From positions 960,001 to 992,000 of the forward strand of contig NZ_CP008796.1 of NCBI RefSeq assembly GCF_000734015.1: a stretch of DNA of 32,000 nucleotides, given 5' to 3'. Every line of letters starts with the position of its first letter. Within the stretch, counting starts at the first letter, position 1. The notes under the pieces are model-generated. The model saw only the letters and a list, made by a program, of their open reading frames with translations, had not been told where the DNA came from and ran no database searches. This document shows positions 17,119 through 25,643 of this stretch, piece after piece. This DNA comes from Thermodesulfobacterium commune DSM 2178. GTDB taxonomy: Bacteria > Desulfobacterota > Thermodesulfobacteria > Thermodesulfobacteriales > Thermodesulfobacteriaceae. The position numbers and the translations under genes were made by a program.

Positions 17119-17146
17119 TTGGCTATTTATTTTTTTATGGTATATT
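17119..17146 (+). promoter_or_regulatory. Candidate sigma-70-type promoter for the CBS/COG1900 pair
   Basis: TTGGCT (17119-17124), a 16-nt spacer, then an extended -10 TGgTATATT (17138-17146). It lies 30 nt upstream of ATG 17177. The background is AT-rich, so chance matches are likely. Confidence 0.3.
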
Positions 17147-17176
17147 TAATTAAAAAATTTCATCCAAGGGAAAAAA

Positions 17177-17776
17177 ATGAAAGTTAAAAACTGGATGATT
17201 ACTGATGTGGTGGTTGCCTTTCCTGACGATACAGTAGAAAAGGCTATTCAGCTGATGAAAAAACACTCTATCAGGCACCTTCCTATAGTAGACAGAGACA
17301 GAGAAAAGTTGATAGGGTTGGTGACTGAAAGTGAGTTGAGAGCCTATCTTAATCCAGAAAAGCTAAAACTTTCTCTTAAAGAGGTTATGATCTTAAACCC
17401 AATTACCGTAGACCCCGATACTTACATAGACGAGGCAGCTAAGCTTATTTATAAGTATAAAATCGGTGGGCTGCCTGTGGTTAGCCAAGGTAAATTAGTA
17501 GGTATCATAACCGTTACTGACATTTTAGAATCTTTTATAGAACTTATGGGGATTTTAAGGGCCTCTTCTCGTTTAGACGTTATTCCTAAAAATGGTAACT
17601 TAGATGATGTGTTAGAGACCATCAGAAAAAACGGAGGCAAAGTTATTTCGATAGGAATGGATGTTAACTTTGAAGGAGAAAGGGTTTATTTTATAAGATT
17701 AGAAAAAATATCCTTAGATAAGATAGCTTCTGAGCTTGAAGTAGCAGGTCATAAAATAATATCCATTATCGATTAG
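17177..17776 (+). CDS. CBS-pair domain protein with C-terminal ACT-like domain (AcuB-like regulatory protein)
   Basis: Two CBS motifs are present (VVVAFPDDTVEKAIQLMKKHSIRHLPIV... and NPITVDPDTYIDEAAKLIYKYKIGGLPVVSQGKLVGIITVTDIL). They are followed by a roughly 70-aa ACT-like beta-alpha-beta-beta-alpha-beta tail. Confidence 0.8.
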   Translation: MKVKNWMITDVVVAFPDDTVEKAIQLMKKHSIRHLPIVDRDREKLIGLVTESELRAYLNPEKLKLSLKEVMILNPITVDPDTYIDEAAKLIYKYKIGGLPVVSQGKLVGIITVTDILESFIELMGILRASSRLDVIPKNGNLDDVLETIRKNGGKVISIGMDVNFEGERVYFIRLEKISLDKIASELEVAGHKIISIID

Positions 17777-17786
17777 GAGGTTTCCA

Positions 17787-18977
17787 ATGGAAGGAGAATT
17801 CAAAGTTAAGAAAACCATAGAAGATATTAATAAAAGGATTGAAAAAGGAGAAGCTGTAGTTCTTACAGCTGAAGAGTTTGTAAGTTTAGTTAAAGAGGTA
17901 GGGCCTGTTACAGCGGCTAAAGAGGTAGATGTAGTCACCACCGGGACCTTTTCACCGATGTGTTCTTCTGGGGCTTTTCTAAACTTTGGACATACCTCTC
18001 CCACGATAAAAGCCTATAGGATTTGGTTAAACGATGTGCCAGCCTATGGGGGACTTGCGGCTGTAGACCTTTACATCGGGGCTACTGAACCTAGAGAAGA
18101 CGACCCTCTTAACAAAGTTTTTCCGGGGCAGTTTTTATACGGTGGTGGACATGTTATCCACGACTTAGTTGCCGGAAAAAAAATTCATCTAAGGGCCTTA
18201 GGTTATGGGACCCATTGTTATCCTAGAAAATCTTTTGAAAAAGAGTTCACTATTCATGAGTTAGTAGATGCCATTCTTTGCAACCCAAGGAATGCTTATC
18301 AAAACTATAATTGTGCCATCAATCTTTCAGATAAAATACTTTATACCTACATGGGTGTGTTAAAACCTAACCTTGGTAATGCCAACTATGCAACTGCAGG
18401 ATGTCTTTCTCCCTTGTTAAAAGATCCTTATCTAAAAACCATAGGGATAGGGACAAGGATTTTCTTAGGAGGAGCCAAAGGGTATGTGATTTGGGCTGGG
18501 ACCCAGCATAAAACCGAAGTTAAAAGAACACCTAAAGGGGCACCTATACAACCTGCAGCTACCCTTATGGTTATCGGAAATCTCAAAGAAATGTCCCCAG
18601 AATGGTTGGTAGGAACAAGTCATATAGGCTATGGATGTTCTTTGGCAGTAGGATTAGGTATACCTATTCCTATCCTGAATGAACAGGTGGCTGAATGGGC
18701 AGGACTCTCTGACGAAGACCTTTTTACCCAGGTAATAGACTACTCCTATGACTATCCTAACGGAATAAAAAGAAACTACGGGATCGTAAGTTATGCAGAA
18801 CTGAAAAGTGGAAAAATAACCGTCTTAGGAAAAGAGGTCCCTACCTTTCCTATTTCAAGCCTTCCTAAAGCCAGAAAAATAGCTGAAATCCTTAAAAACT
18901 GGATTAAACAGGGAGAGATGTTGTTAACAGAACCAGTTAGCCCCTTATCTGGGGCTAAACTTTTTCCGATGAGATAA
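17787..18977 (+). CDS. COG1900/DUF39-family homocysteine biosynthesis protein (sulfide-dependent route, MA1821/MJ0100 N-domain type)
   Basis: The 396-aa length and N-terminal pattern (KTIEDINKRIEKGEAVVLTAEEF...VDVVTTGTFSPMCSSGAFLNFGH..., GGGHVIHDLVAGK) match my memory of the COG1900 family. Its start is 10 nt after the CBS gene stop. Confidence 0.7.
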   Translation: MEGEFKVKKTIEDINKRIEKGEAVVLTAEEFVSLVKEVGPVTAAKEVDVVTTGTFSPMCSSGAFLNFGHTSPTIKAYRIWLNDVPAYGGLAAVDLYIGATEPREDDPLNKVFPGQFLYGGGHVIHDLVAGKKIHLRALGYGTHCYPRKSFEKEFTIHELVDAILCNPRNAYQNYNCAINLSDKILYTYMGVLKPNLGNANYATAGCLSPLLKDPYLKTIGIGTRIFLGGAKGYVIWAGTQHKTEVKRTPKGAPIQPAATLMVIGNLKEMSPEWLVGTSHIGYGCSLAVGLGIPIPILNEQVAEWAGLSDEDLFTQVIDYSYDYPNGIKRNYGIVSYAELKSGKITVLGKEVPTFPISSLPKARKIAEILKNWIKQGEMLLTEPVSPLSGAKLFPMR

Positions 18978-18999
18978 AGTCTAAAAAGGAGGATTTTCG

Positions 19000-19365
19000 A
19001 TGGAAACTATTTTAACGGTTTTACAGTTAATAGTAGCCATATTGATAATTTTGATTGTTTTGATAAACGTAACCAAAGGTTCAGAATACGGTGCGGTGTT
19101 TAGAGGGGCTGAGGCCATCTTTGGTGGTGCAGGCCCCACTAGCTTTTTAAACAAAGTAACGATGATTTTGGTGTTGGTATTTTTTTTAAACTCTATCTTA
19201 CTCACCAAAATCCACACCAGCAAAAATAAAACAGAAATTCCTGTCGTCCCTACCCCTCAAACTCAAACACCCTCTCCTTCTTCTATTCCTACCCCAACTA
19301 CCCCTCAAAATATTCCGGTGCCTCCTCAAATTCCTTCTTCTACCTCAGAAAAACCTAAAAACTAA
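19000..19365 (+). CDS. secG: Preprotein translocase subunit SecG with Pro/Thr/Ser-rich C-terminal extension
   Basis: Two TM helices flank a Gly-rich loop (KGSEYGAVFRGAEAIFGGAGPTSFLNKVT), as in SecG. SD AAAGGAGGA lies upstream. The tail at aa 85-121 is P/T/S/Q-rich. Confidence 0.65.
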   Translation: METILTVLQLIVAILIILIVLINVTKGSEYGAVFRGAEAIFGGAGPTSFLNKVTMILVLVFFLNSILLTKIHTSKNKTEIPVVPTPQTQTPSPSSIPTPTTPQNIPVPPQIPSSTSEKPKN

Positions 19366-19373
19366 TTTTAAAA

Positions 19374-20546
19374 ATGAAAAATTTAGTAATACTTGGTGTT
19401 ACAGGTTCTATAGGAAATTCTACGCTTAAGGTGGTTCAAGCCTATCCTGAAAGGTTTAGAATTTTAGGAGCCTCTTGTCGTAGCAAAATTGAGGCCTTAA
19501 CGAAAATTGCCAGCTCCTTTAAAATTCCTTATTTGGTGGTAGAAGATTTTTCTTCAGCTGAAAAGTTAAAAAAGTCTCTTGATTATAAAGCTGAGGTCTT
19601 GGTCGGAGAAGAAGGGCTTAAAACCTTAGTCCAATTAGATGAGGCTCACATAATAGTCATAGGAATTTCTGGGATAAAAGCCCTTTTACCCACCTATTAT
19701 GCTTTAAAGGCAGGCAAACGAGTAGCCATAGCTAACAAAGAAAGTTTGATCGTAGCTGGGGAGATTTTAAAGGAAGTGGCTAAAGAAGCTAAAGCCGAGC
19801 TTTTGCCGGTTGACAGCGAACATTCTTCGATTTTTCAGCTTTTACAGAAAGAAAAAAAAGAACAGGTTAAGAGAATTATCCTTACAGCCTCAGGTGGGCC
19901 TTTTTATCGTCTACCTTTAGAGGAGTTTGTTAAAATTACCCCAGAGATGGCGGTGAAACACCCGAACTGGAAGATGGGAGCCAAAATATCGGTAGATTCT
20001 GCTACCCTTATGAATAAGGGTTTTGAAGTTCTTGAAGCTAAGGTCCTTTTTGACTTTCCCTTGGAAAAGATAGAGGTACTTATCCATCCTCAAAGTTTAG
20101 TTCATGGTTTGGTTGAGTTGATAGACGGAAGTATTTTAATGCACCTTAGCTTTCCTGACATGCAACTGCCTATTTCTTATGCCTTAAACTATCCTGAAAG
20201 GATTGAACTTCAGGTACCTAAGGTTCAACTGGAGAAAATTGGCAGTTTAGTTTTTGAGGCTCCTGACCTTGAGAAATTCCCCTGCCTTAAGCTTGCTTAT
20301 GAAGCAGGACAAAAAGGAGGGGTTTATCCTCTTATCCTTGAGGCAGCTGATGAGGTGGTGGTAGAGGCTTTCTTGCAAAAAAGAATTACCTTTGATAAAA
20401 TTCCTTATTTTCTTGCAAAAACCCTAGATGGGTTTAAAATACCAGAAAGGCCTTCAGGGGGGGAAGATTTATCTTTTCTTTTAACCTTACATAAAGAAGT
20501 TTGTCTTTATACAGAAAAGCTGATAAAAGGGAATAAAACATGCTAA
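19374..20546 (+). CDS. dxr: 1-deoxy-D-xylulose 5-phosphate reductoisomerase
   Basis: ILGVTGSIGNSTLKV (NADPH site), LPVDSEHSSIFQ, and ILTASGGPF...HPNWKMGAKISVDSATLMNKGFEVLEA are Dxr hallmarks. Confidence 0.95.
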   Translation: MKNLVILGVTGSIGNSTLKVVQAYPERFRILGASCRSKIEALTKIASSFKIPYLVVEDFSSAEKLKKSLDYKAEVLVGEEGLKTLVQLDEAHIIVIGISGIKALLPTYYALKAGKRVAIANKESLIVAGEILKEVAKEAKAELLPVDSEHSSIFQLLQKEKKEQVKRIILTASGGPFYRLPLEEFVKITPEMAVKHPNWKMGAKISVDSATLMNKGFEVLEAKVLFDFPLEKIEVLIHPQSLVHGLVELIDGSILMHLSFPDMQLPISYALNYPERIELQVPKVQLEKIGSLVFEAPDLEKFPCLKLAYEAGQKGGVYPLILEAADEVVVEAFLQKRITFDKIPYFLAKTLDGFKIPERPSGGEDLSFLLTLHKEVCLYTEKLIKGNKTC

Positions 20547-21619
20547 CAGTAATTATAGCTTTATTAGTAATCGGTGTACTTATTTTTGTTCATGAGTTAG
20601 GTCATTTTATAGCAGCTAAGCTTATGGGGGTCAAAGTAGAGATTTTTTCATTAGGCTTTGGGCCCAAAATTATCGGTTTTAAAGCAGGAGAGACTGAATA
20701 CAGGGTGTCTGCCTTTCCTTTAGGTGGATACGTTAAACTTTATGGGGAACATCCTGAAACGTTGCCTTCGGTAGTCGAAAAAGACAAAGCTTTTGCCTTT
20801 AAAAAGCCTTGGCAAAAAGCGTTTATCGTGGTTGCAGGCCCTTTGGCTAATTTTATCCTCCCTGTCCTTCTATTTTGGTTTCTTTTTTGGGCCTCTGGTT
20901 CTTATCTTCTTTCTACCAAAATAGGAGAGGTTTTACCTGGTTCTCCAGCTGAAAAAGCGGGTCTTGCTCCTGGAGATGAAATCATAGAAGTAAACGGCAA
21001 AAAGGTCAAGTCTTTTGACCAGCTTATCCTATATCTAAAAAGCCAGGAGATGGTAAAAGAAGTTTCCCTTAAAATAAAGAGAAACTCTCAAGAGTTAGAG
21101 GTAAAAATCATTCCTGAGATGAAAGAAGGATACAACCTCTTTGGGAAAAAAACTCAGGTGCCTTTTATCGGTGTCAAGTCAACCCAAGAGGTAGTTCATC
21201 AAAGGCACGGTTTTATTGAATCCTTTGTCCTTGCTGTAGAAAAGGTAGTAGACATCACTACCCTTACCTTCGTAGCTATCTTTAAGCTCTTTACAGGAGA
21301 ATTGCCTTTTTCTACGTTAGGAGGTCCTATTACCATCGGGAAAATGGCAGGAGATACAGCTAAACTAGGGATTTATCCTCTTATTTCTTTTACTGGGCTT
21401 CTTTCGATCAACTTAGGGATTATAAACCTTCTCCCTTTACCTATGCTTGACGGAGGCCATTTAGTCATTTTTGGTATAGAGGCCATCAGAGGAAAACCTT
21501 TATCCCTAAAAACCCAAGAGCTTATCCTTAAAATAGGACTTTTTATCATCATTGCTCTAAGTATAGCTGTGTTTTACAACGACATCCTTAAACTTCTTAG
21601 CGGATGGAAACTCCCTTAG
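20540..21619 (+). CDS. rseP: RIP (site-2) zinc metalloprotease RseP
   Basis: HELGH zinc motif in TM1, a PDZ domain (GSPAEKAGLAPGDEIIEVNGK) and a C-terminal NLLPLPMLDGGH motif. The classic dxr-rseP synteny is present, with a 7-nt overlap with dxr. Confidence 0.93.
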   Translation: MLTVIIALLVIGVLIFVHELGHFIAAKLMGVKVEIFSLGFGPKIIGFKAGETEYRVSAFPLGGYVKLYGEHPETLPSVVEKDKAFAFKKPWQKAFIVVAGPLANFILPVLLFWFLFWASGSYLLSTKIGEVLPGSPAEKAGLAPGDEIIEVNGKKVKSFDQLILYLKSQEMVKEVSLKIKRNSQELEVKIIPEMKEGYNLFGKKTQVPFIGVKSTQEVVHQRHGFIESFVLAVEKVVDITTLTFVAIFKLFTGELPFSTLGGPITIGKMAGDTAKLGIYPLISFTGLLSINLGIINLLPLPMLDGGHLVIFGIEAIRGKPLSLKTQELILKIGLFIIIALSIAVFYNDILKLLSGWKLP

Positions 21620-22302
21620 TTTTAGCTATAGAAACAGCAGGGAAGTCTGGAGGTATAGCCCTTATAAAAGATAAGTTGTTAGGGGCTGTTACCTTAAGAT
21701 CCTCTCAGTCTTATTCTCAGATAATCTTTCAGTGTTTAACTTTTTTTGAAAAAAACTTAGGATTAGACCTAAAGTCCATAGACTACTATGCCATAGACCT
21801 TGGTCCAGGCAGTTTTACTGGACTAAGAGTTGGGCTTTCGGTGCTAAAGGGATTAAGTTTAGCCTTCCCTAAACCTGTGATACCTTTTGTTAGCCTTGAA
21901 GTGCTTGCGGTAGAAACCTTTCCAACAAACTTACCTGTGGTATCTCTGATAGATGCCTATAGCCAAGAAGTTTTTTTAGGTGTCTATAGATGGGAGGAAA
22001 ATAACCTAAAAACAAAGATTTCTCCTGTTTGCGTCTCAGTCAGAAATATACCTGATTTGATAAAAGAACCTACCTGGTTTGTTGGTGAAACCTTAGAAAA
22101 ATGGGAAACCTATCTGAAAGAGAGGTTAGGTCCTAATTTTTTAAAATGGCCTTTTACGATAGGTCTTACCTTGGAAAATGTGGCCAAACTGGTTTATTTA
22201 AAGCTAAAAAATAACGAATTTGAACTAAAATCTGCAGAAGATTTACTTCCTTTGTATTTAAAGGCATCTGAAGCAGAAAGAAAACGAGGCGATAAAAAAT
22301 GA
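21604..22302 (+). CDS. tsaB: tRNA t6A37 threonylcarbamoyltransferase complex dimerisation subunit TsaB (YeaZ)
   Basis: LAIETAGKSGGIALI...YYAIDLGPGSFTGLRVGLSVLKGLSLA matches the TsaB/YeaZ pattern. It overlaps rseP by 16 nt. Confidence 0.85.
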   Translation: METPLVLAIETAGKSGGIALIKDKLLGAVTLRSSQSYSQIIFQCLTFFEKNLGLDLKSIDYYAIDLGPGSFTGLRVGLSVLKGLSLAFPKPVIPFVSLEVLAVETFPTNLPVVSLIDAYSQEVFLGVYRWEENNLKTKISPVCVSVRNIPDLIKEPTWFVGETLEKWETYLKERLGPNFLKWPFTIGLTLENVAKLVYLKLKNNEFELKSAEDLLPLYLKASEAERKRGDKK

Positions 22303-23285
22303 TCCTTTTCTTGTTAAAAAGATTTCTGGTGTTCTTGATAACCCTTTTTGGGATTACTGTCATTAGTTTTTCAGTCATTCATTTAGCCCCAGGAGGCCCT
22401 TTAAGTCCTATCACTGATTTCAATCCTAAGATTACCCCAGAATATCGAGAAAGATTGGTCAAAATGTATGGTCTTGACAAACCACTTTATGTTCAATATT
22501 GGGAATGGCTAAAAAAAGCCGCCAAGTTTGATTTTGGGCGTTCTTTTTCCCCAGACCAAAGACCAGTATGGGATAAAATCAAAGAAAGACTTCCGGTTAC
22601 TTTACTTTTAAATCTCCTTTCTTTAATTTTAATCTTTATGATTTCTGTACCGTTAGGGGTTTTGGGGGCTGTAAAAGCTGGAAGTTGGGTTGATCGAATA
22701 TTAACCATAGTGGTATTTTTGGGTTATGCTATGCCCAGTTTTTGGCTGGCTATCATTCTTATGATGATTTTCGGGGTAAAACTTCAATGGCTTCCTATTT
22801 CTGGGCTACATTCCACCTTAGGTTATGAAGAGATGAACTTCTTTGAAAAATTATGGGACTGGACCAAACACCTGATTTGTCCCCTTTTTGTGGCTACCTT
22901 CGGAGGGATTGCAGGTATCTCAAGATATGTGAGAAATTCTATGGTAGAAGTACTAAAGGCTGACTATATTCTTTTTGCCAGGGCTAAAGGAATTTCAGAA
23001 AAAGAAGTAATCTATAAACATGCCCTAAGAAACGCCCTTTTACCCCTTATTACCATCTTAGGTCTTTCTTTACCTGGGCTGGTAGGAGGGAGTGTTATCT
23101 TTGAAACCATTTTTGGTATACCTGGAGTAGGGCAGCTAATGTGGCAAGCGGTGATGGCAAGGGATTACCCTGTTATCATGGCCAACCTTTTCCTGGTAGC
23201 TGTGCTTACTTTGATAGGGAACTTTTTAGCAGACATAGGATATGCTCTGGCAGACCCAAGAATAAGGCTTGGAGATAAACATTAA
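22299..23285 (+). CDS. ABC transporter permease, OppB/DppB type
   Basis: The N-terminus reads KRFLVFLITLFGITVISFSVIHLAPGGP. The protein has six TM segments and the EAA-like loop region ARAKGISEKEVIYKHALRNALLPLIT. It has an ATGA overlap with tsaB. Confidence 0.88.
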   Translation: MILFLLKRFLVFLITLFGITVISFSVIHLAPGGPLSPITDFNPKITPEYRERLVKMYGLDKPLYVQYWEWLKKAAKFDFGRSFSPDQRPVWDKIKERLPVTLLLNLLSLILIFMISVPLGVLGAVKAGSWVDRILTIVVFLGYAMPSFWLAIILMMIFGVKLQWLPISGLHSTLGYEEMNFFEKLWDWTKHLICPLFVATFGGIAGISRYVRNSMVEVLKADYILFARAKGISEKEVIYKHALRNALLPLITILGLSLPGLVGGSVIFETIFGIPGVGQLMWQAVMARDYPVIMANLFLVAVLTLIGNFLADIGYALADPRIRLGDKH

Positions 23286-23287
23286 TA

Positions 23288-24118
23288 ATGTCTTTAATAA
23301 AAGAGTTGTTAAAACATCGTTTAGGAACGGCTTCTTTAATAATCATTTTATTTTTAGCTGTTTTGGCTGTTTTTGCTCCTTATATAGCCCCTTATGACCC
23401 TTTGGAAATAAACGTAGACAACATACTTCAACCACCTTCCTTAGACCATCCCTTAGGAACTGACCTTTTAGGAAGAGACGTGTTAAGCCGTATGATCTAT
23501 GCCTCTCGGATCTCACTTGAGGTAAGTTTGGTGGCAGTAGGATTATCTCTGATGATAGGGGTAGTCTTAGGAGCGATAGCCGGCTACTTTGGAGGGTGGG
23601 TTGACCTGATTATTTGCAGGTTTATTGACATCATGCTTTGTTTCCCCACCATATTTTTGGTTTTAGCTATGGTAGCTTATTTAGAACCATCTATCGTTAC
23701 CATCATGGTGGTAATAGGTGCTACCAGCTGGATGGGATTAGCTCGTTTAGTAAGAGCTGAAATTTTATCCTTAAAAGAAAGAGACTTTGTGTTGATAGCT
23801 AAAACCTATGGGGCATCATCCTTAAGGATTTTATTTAAACATCTCATACCTAATGCCCTACCACCTATTTTGGTCTCTGCTTCCTTAGGACTTGGACAAG
23901 CCATTTTGATAGAATCTGCCCTTTCCTTTCTTGGAATAGGGGTACAGCCTCCCATCCCTTCCTGGGGGAATATGTTGATAGACGGTAAAGAGACCTTAGA
24001 AGTAGCCTGGTGGCTTTCCTTTTACCCAGGGATGGCTATTTTGATAACAGTTCTTGCGTTTACCATACTTGGAGAAACTCTACAGGAAATTTTAAATCCT
24101 AAAAGGAAAGAAAGATGA
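23288..24118 (+). CDS. ABC transporter permease, OppC/DppC type
   Basis: The OppC N-terminal pattern is PPSLDHPLGTDLLGRDVLSRMIYASRISL. The EAA-like loop is AKTYGASSLRILFKHLIPNALPPILV. Confidence 0.88.
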   Translation: MSLIKELLKHRLGTASLIIILFLAVLAVFAPYIAPYDPLEINVDNILQPPSLDHPLGTDLLGRDVLSRMIYASRISLEVSLVAVGLSLMIGVVLGAIAGYFGGWVDLIICRFIDIMLCFPTIFLVLAMVAYLEPSIVTIMVVIGATSWMGLARLVRAEILSLKERDFVLIAKTYGASSLRILFKHLIPNALPPILVSASLGLGQAILIESALSFLGIGVQPPIPSWGNMLIDGKETLEVAWWLSFYPGMAILITVLAFTILGETLQEILNPKRKER

Positions 24119-24135
24119 AAAGAAAAGAACATAGA

Positions 24136-24222
24136 TGGTGCCGAGGGCGGGACTCGAACCCGCACGGACCGACGTCCACTAGCCCCTCAAGCCAGCGCGT
24201 CTACCAATTCCGCCACCTCGGC
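24136..24222 (-). tRNA. tRNA-Leu (anticodon GAG), 87 nt, CCA encoded
   Basis: The reverse complement reads GCCGAGGTGGCGGAATTGGTAGACGCGCTGGCTTGAGGGGCTAGTGGACGTCGGTCCGTGCGGGTTCGAGTCCCGCCCTCGGCACCA. The acceptor stem is GCCGAGG/CCTCGGC. The anticodon stem is CTGGC/GCTAG with loop TTGAGGG. There is a long variable arm, and the T-arm is GCGGG-TTCGAGT-CCCGC. Confidence 0.95.
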
Positions 24223-24234
24223 GTATTGAGTAAT

Positions 24235-24262
24235 AATATATTATCCTTTTTTGGTTTGTCAA
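24235..24262 (-). promoter_or_regulatory. Near-consensus sigma-70-type promoter for tRNA-Leu
   Basis: The minus strand reads TTGACA (24262-24257), a 16-nt spacer, then TATATT (24240-24235). The mature tRNA 5' end (24222) lies 12 nt downstream of the -10. Confidence 0.6.
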
Positions 24263-24363
24263 GACGGATTAAACCCTTTGTTTAAGTAATTTTTTATATG
24301 ATTTAAGTTAACCCTTTAACTTTTTGAGACTTACACTTTCGAAAAAGTTTAGGAGGACCTTTT

Positions 24364-24981
24364 ATGGAATTTTTAAAAGATTTTGTGCAATATTTTTTAC
24401 TTTTTTTTGAAAAAAGTAGTTATTTAGGTGTATTTTTTTTGATGACCCTTGAGTCTACTTTAATTCCTATCCCAAGTGAAATAATCATCCCTCCTGCTGC
24501 TTACCTTGCCTATCAGGGTAAACTTTCCCTTTGGGGTGTTATCCTGGCAGGTACGTTAGGTAGTTGGGCTGGAGCTCTTATCAATTATTTTTTAGCCCTT
24601 AAGTTTGGTCGTCCGATGTTTTTAAGGTTTGTCAAACGATATGGTAAGTATATACTCCTAACCGAATACTCCTTTCAAAAAATGGAAAAATTTTGGGATC
24701 AACATGGGCATATCAGTACCTTCATAGGAAGGCTCCTTCCAGGACTTAGACATGTCATCTCTATCCCAGCGGGTTTTGCCAGGATGGGACTTTTTCTGTT
24801 TTCTTTTTATACCCTATTGGGTGCGCTACTTTGGTGTAGCTTCCTTGGTTTTTGTGGATATTTTTTTGGAAAAAACGAAGAACTTCTTAAAACTTACTTA
24901 GAACGTGGCTCTATAGGAATAGTAATCTTTTGTGGGGTGATTTTGGGACTTTATATCTGGTTCAAACTAAAAAGAAAATAG
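24364..24981 (+). CDS. DedA-family inner-membrane protein
   Basis: 205-aa multi-TM protein with the DedA/SNARE-associated pattern (FFLMTLESTLIPIPSEIIIPPAAYLA ... GSWAGALINYFLALKFGRP ... GRLLPGLRHVISIPAG). SD AGGAGGA lies upstream. Confidence 0.8.
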   Translation: MEFLKDFVQYFLLFFEKSSYLGVFFLMTLESTLIPIPSEIIIPPAAYLAYQGKLSLWGVILAGTLGSWAGALINYFLALKFGRPMFLRFVKRYGKYILLTEYSFQKMEKFWDQHGHISTFIGRLLPGLRHVISIPAGFARMGLFLFSFYTLLGALLWCSFLGFCGYFFGKNEELLKTYLERGSIGIVIFCGVILGLYIWFKLKRK

Positions 24982-24986
24982 ACTGT

Positions 24987-25643
24987 TTAATTACTTTGAG
25001 CTTGAATAACTCTTACGTCTTTAGGAGGTGAAAACTGAAAAAGGCTGTCTTTAAGGGATTTATTGTATTGCAAGTTGTTAAAAATTATCCTTAAGGTTTC
25101 TCCTGAAGCCATGTTCAAGATAACCTCTTTAACCTCTCCAGACTTAGGATTTACCACTAAAGAAATCCTTCTTACCTTCTGGTCGTTGTTAGCAGTTAAA
25201 AAGTTTAGTTTCCAAAAATCGTTATCCAAGGTTTGAAAACTTTCAACTTTTAGGTCTGTTTTAATATTTCCCCTTCCGGTCATAAATCCCAGGGCTAATT
25301 TAGAACCAAAGGTTGTGCCTGAAGGATAAACCAAGGCTTGTTTTTCTTCTGGATAGTAAAAGTATATACTTTTTCCAGAAGATATGATAAAAAGTTTTTG
25401 GGGCCTGTAGTATTCCCAACGAAATTTGCCAGGTTTTTTAATCCAGAGTCTACCTGAAGACACCTCTTTATGGCCTTGAGAAATATAGGCTTCCTGGATA
25501 AATTCTGCTTCAAGCGTCTGTATTGTTTGATAAAAATCTTGGATATGGTCTATGACCTCGTCTACAGTTTGGGCCTTAAGACTAAAGGGATTTGCGAGGG
25601 CCAATAACAGGGCGAGGACGAACACCATCACTTGGGCCAACAA
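24987..25643 (-). CDS. lolA: Outer-membrane lipoprotein carrier LolA-like periplasmic protein
   Basis: A hydrophobic signal-like N-terminus (VMVFVLALLLALANPFSLKA/Q) is followed by a LolA-type pattern (LEAEFIQE...SSGRLWIKKPGKFRWEY). It sits immediately downstream of ftsK, as in E. coli. The start is a TTG preceded by GGAGGAGGAAGG. The signal peptide lacks a basic n-region. Confidence 0.65.
   Translation of the reverse strand: MLAQVMVFVLALLLALANPFSLKAQTVDEVIDHIQDFYQTIQTLEAEFIQEAYISQGHKEVSSGRLWIKKPGKFRWEYYRPQKLFIISSGKSIYFYYPEEKQALVYPSGTTFGSKLALGFMTGRGNIKTDLKVESFQTLDNDFWKLNFLTANNDQKVRRISLVVNPKSGEVKEVILNMASGETLRIIFNNLQYNKSLKDSLFQFSPPKDVRVIQAQSN

Noticed and set aside
17032-17176. Possible SAM or other riboswitch upstream of the CBS/COG1900 (methionine-branch) genes
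   Set aside because: The 145-nt spacer is extremely AT-rich with no conserved GC-rich helices or recognisable riboswitch core. Most of it is needed for the divergent polA and CBS promoters.
17449-19223. Minus-strand ORFs 17449-17640, 17714-18004 and 18981-19223
   Set aside because: They are antisense to the CBS, COG1900 and secG genes, with no SD or motifs. 18981-19223 mirrors the hydrophobic secG frame.
24318-24349. Hairpin AACTTTTT ... AAAAAGTT just upstream of the dedA SD, considered as a regulatory leader structure
   Set aside because: It is an 8-bp stem with a single G-C pair, the rest A-T, and a 16-nt loop. It is too weak to call.
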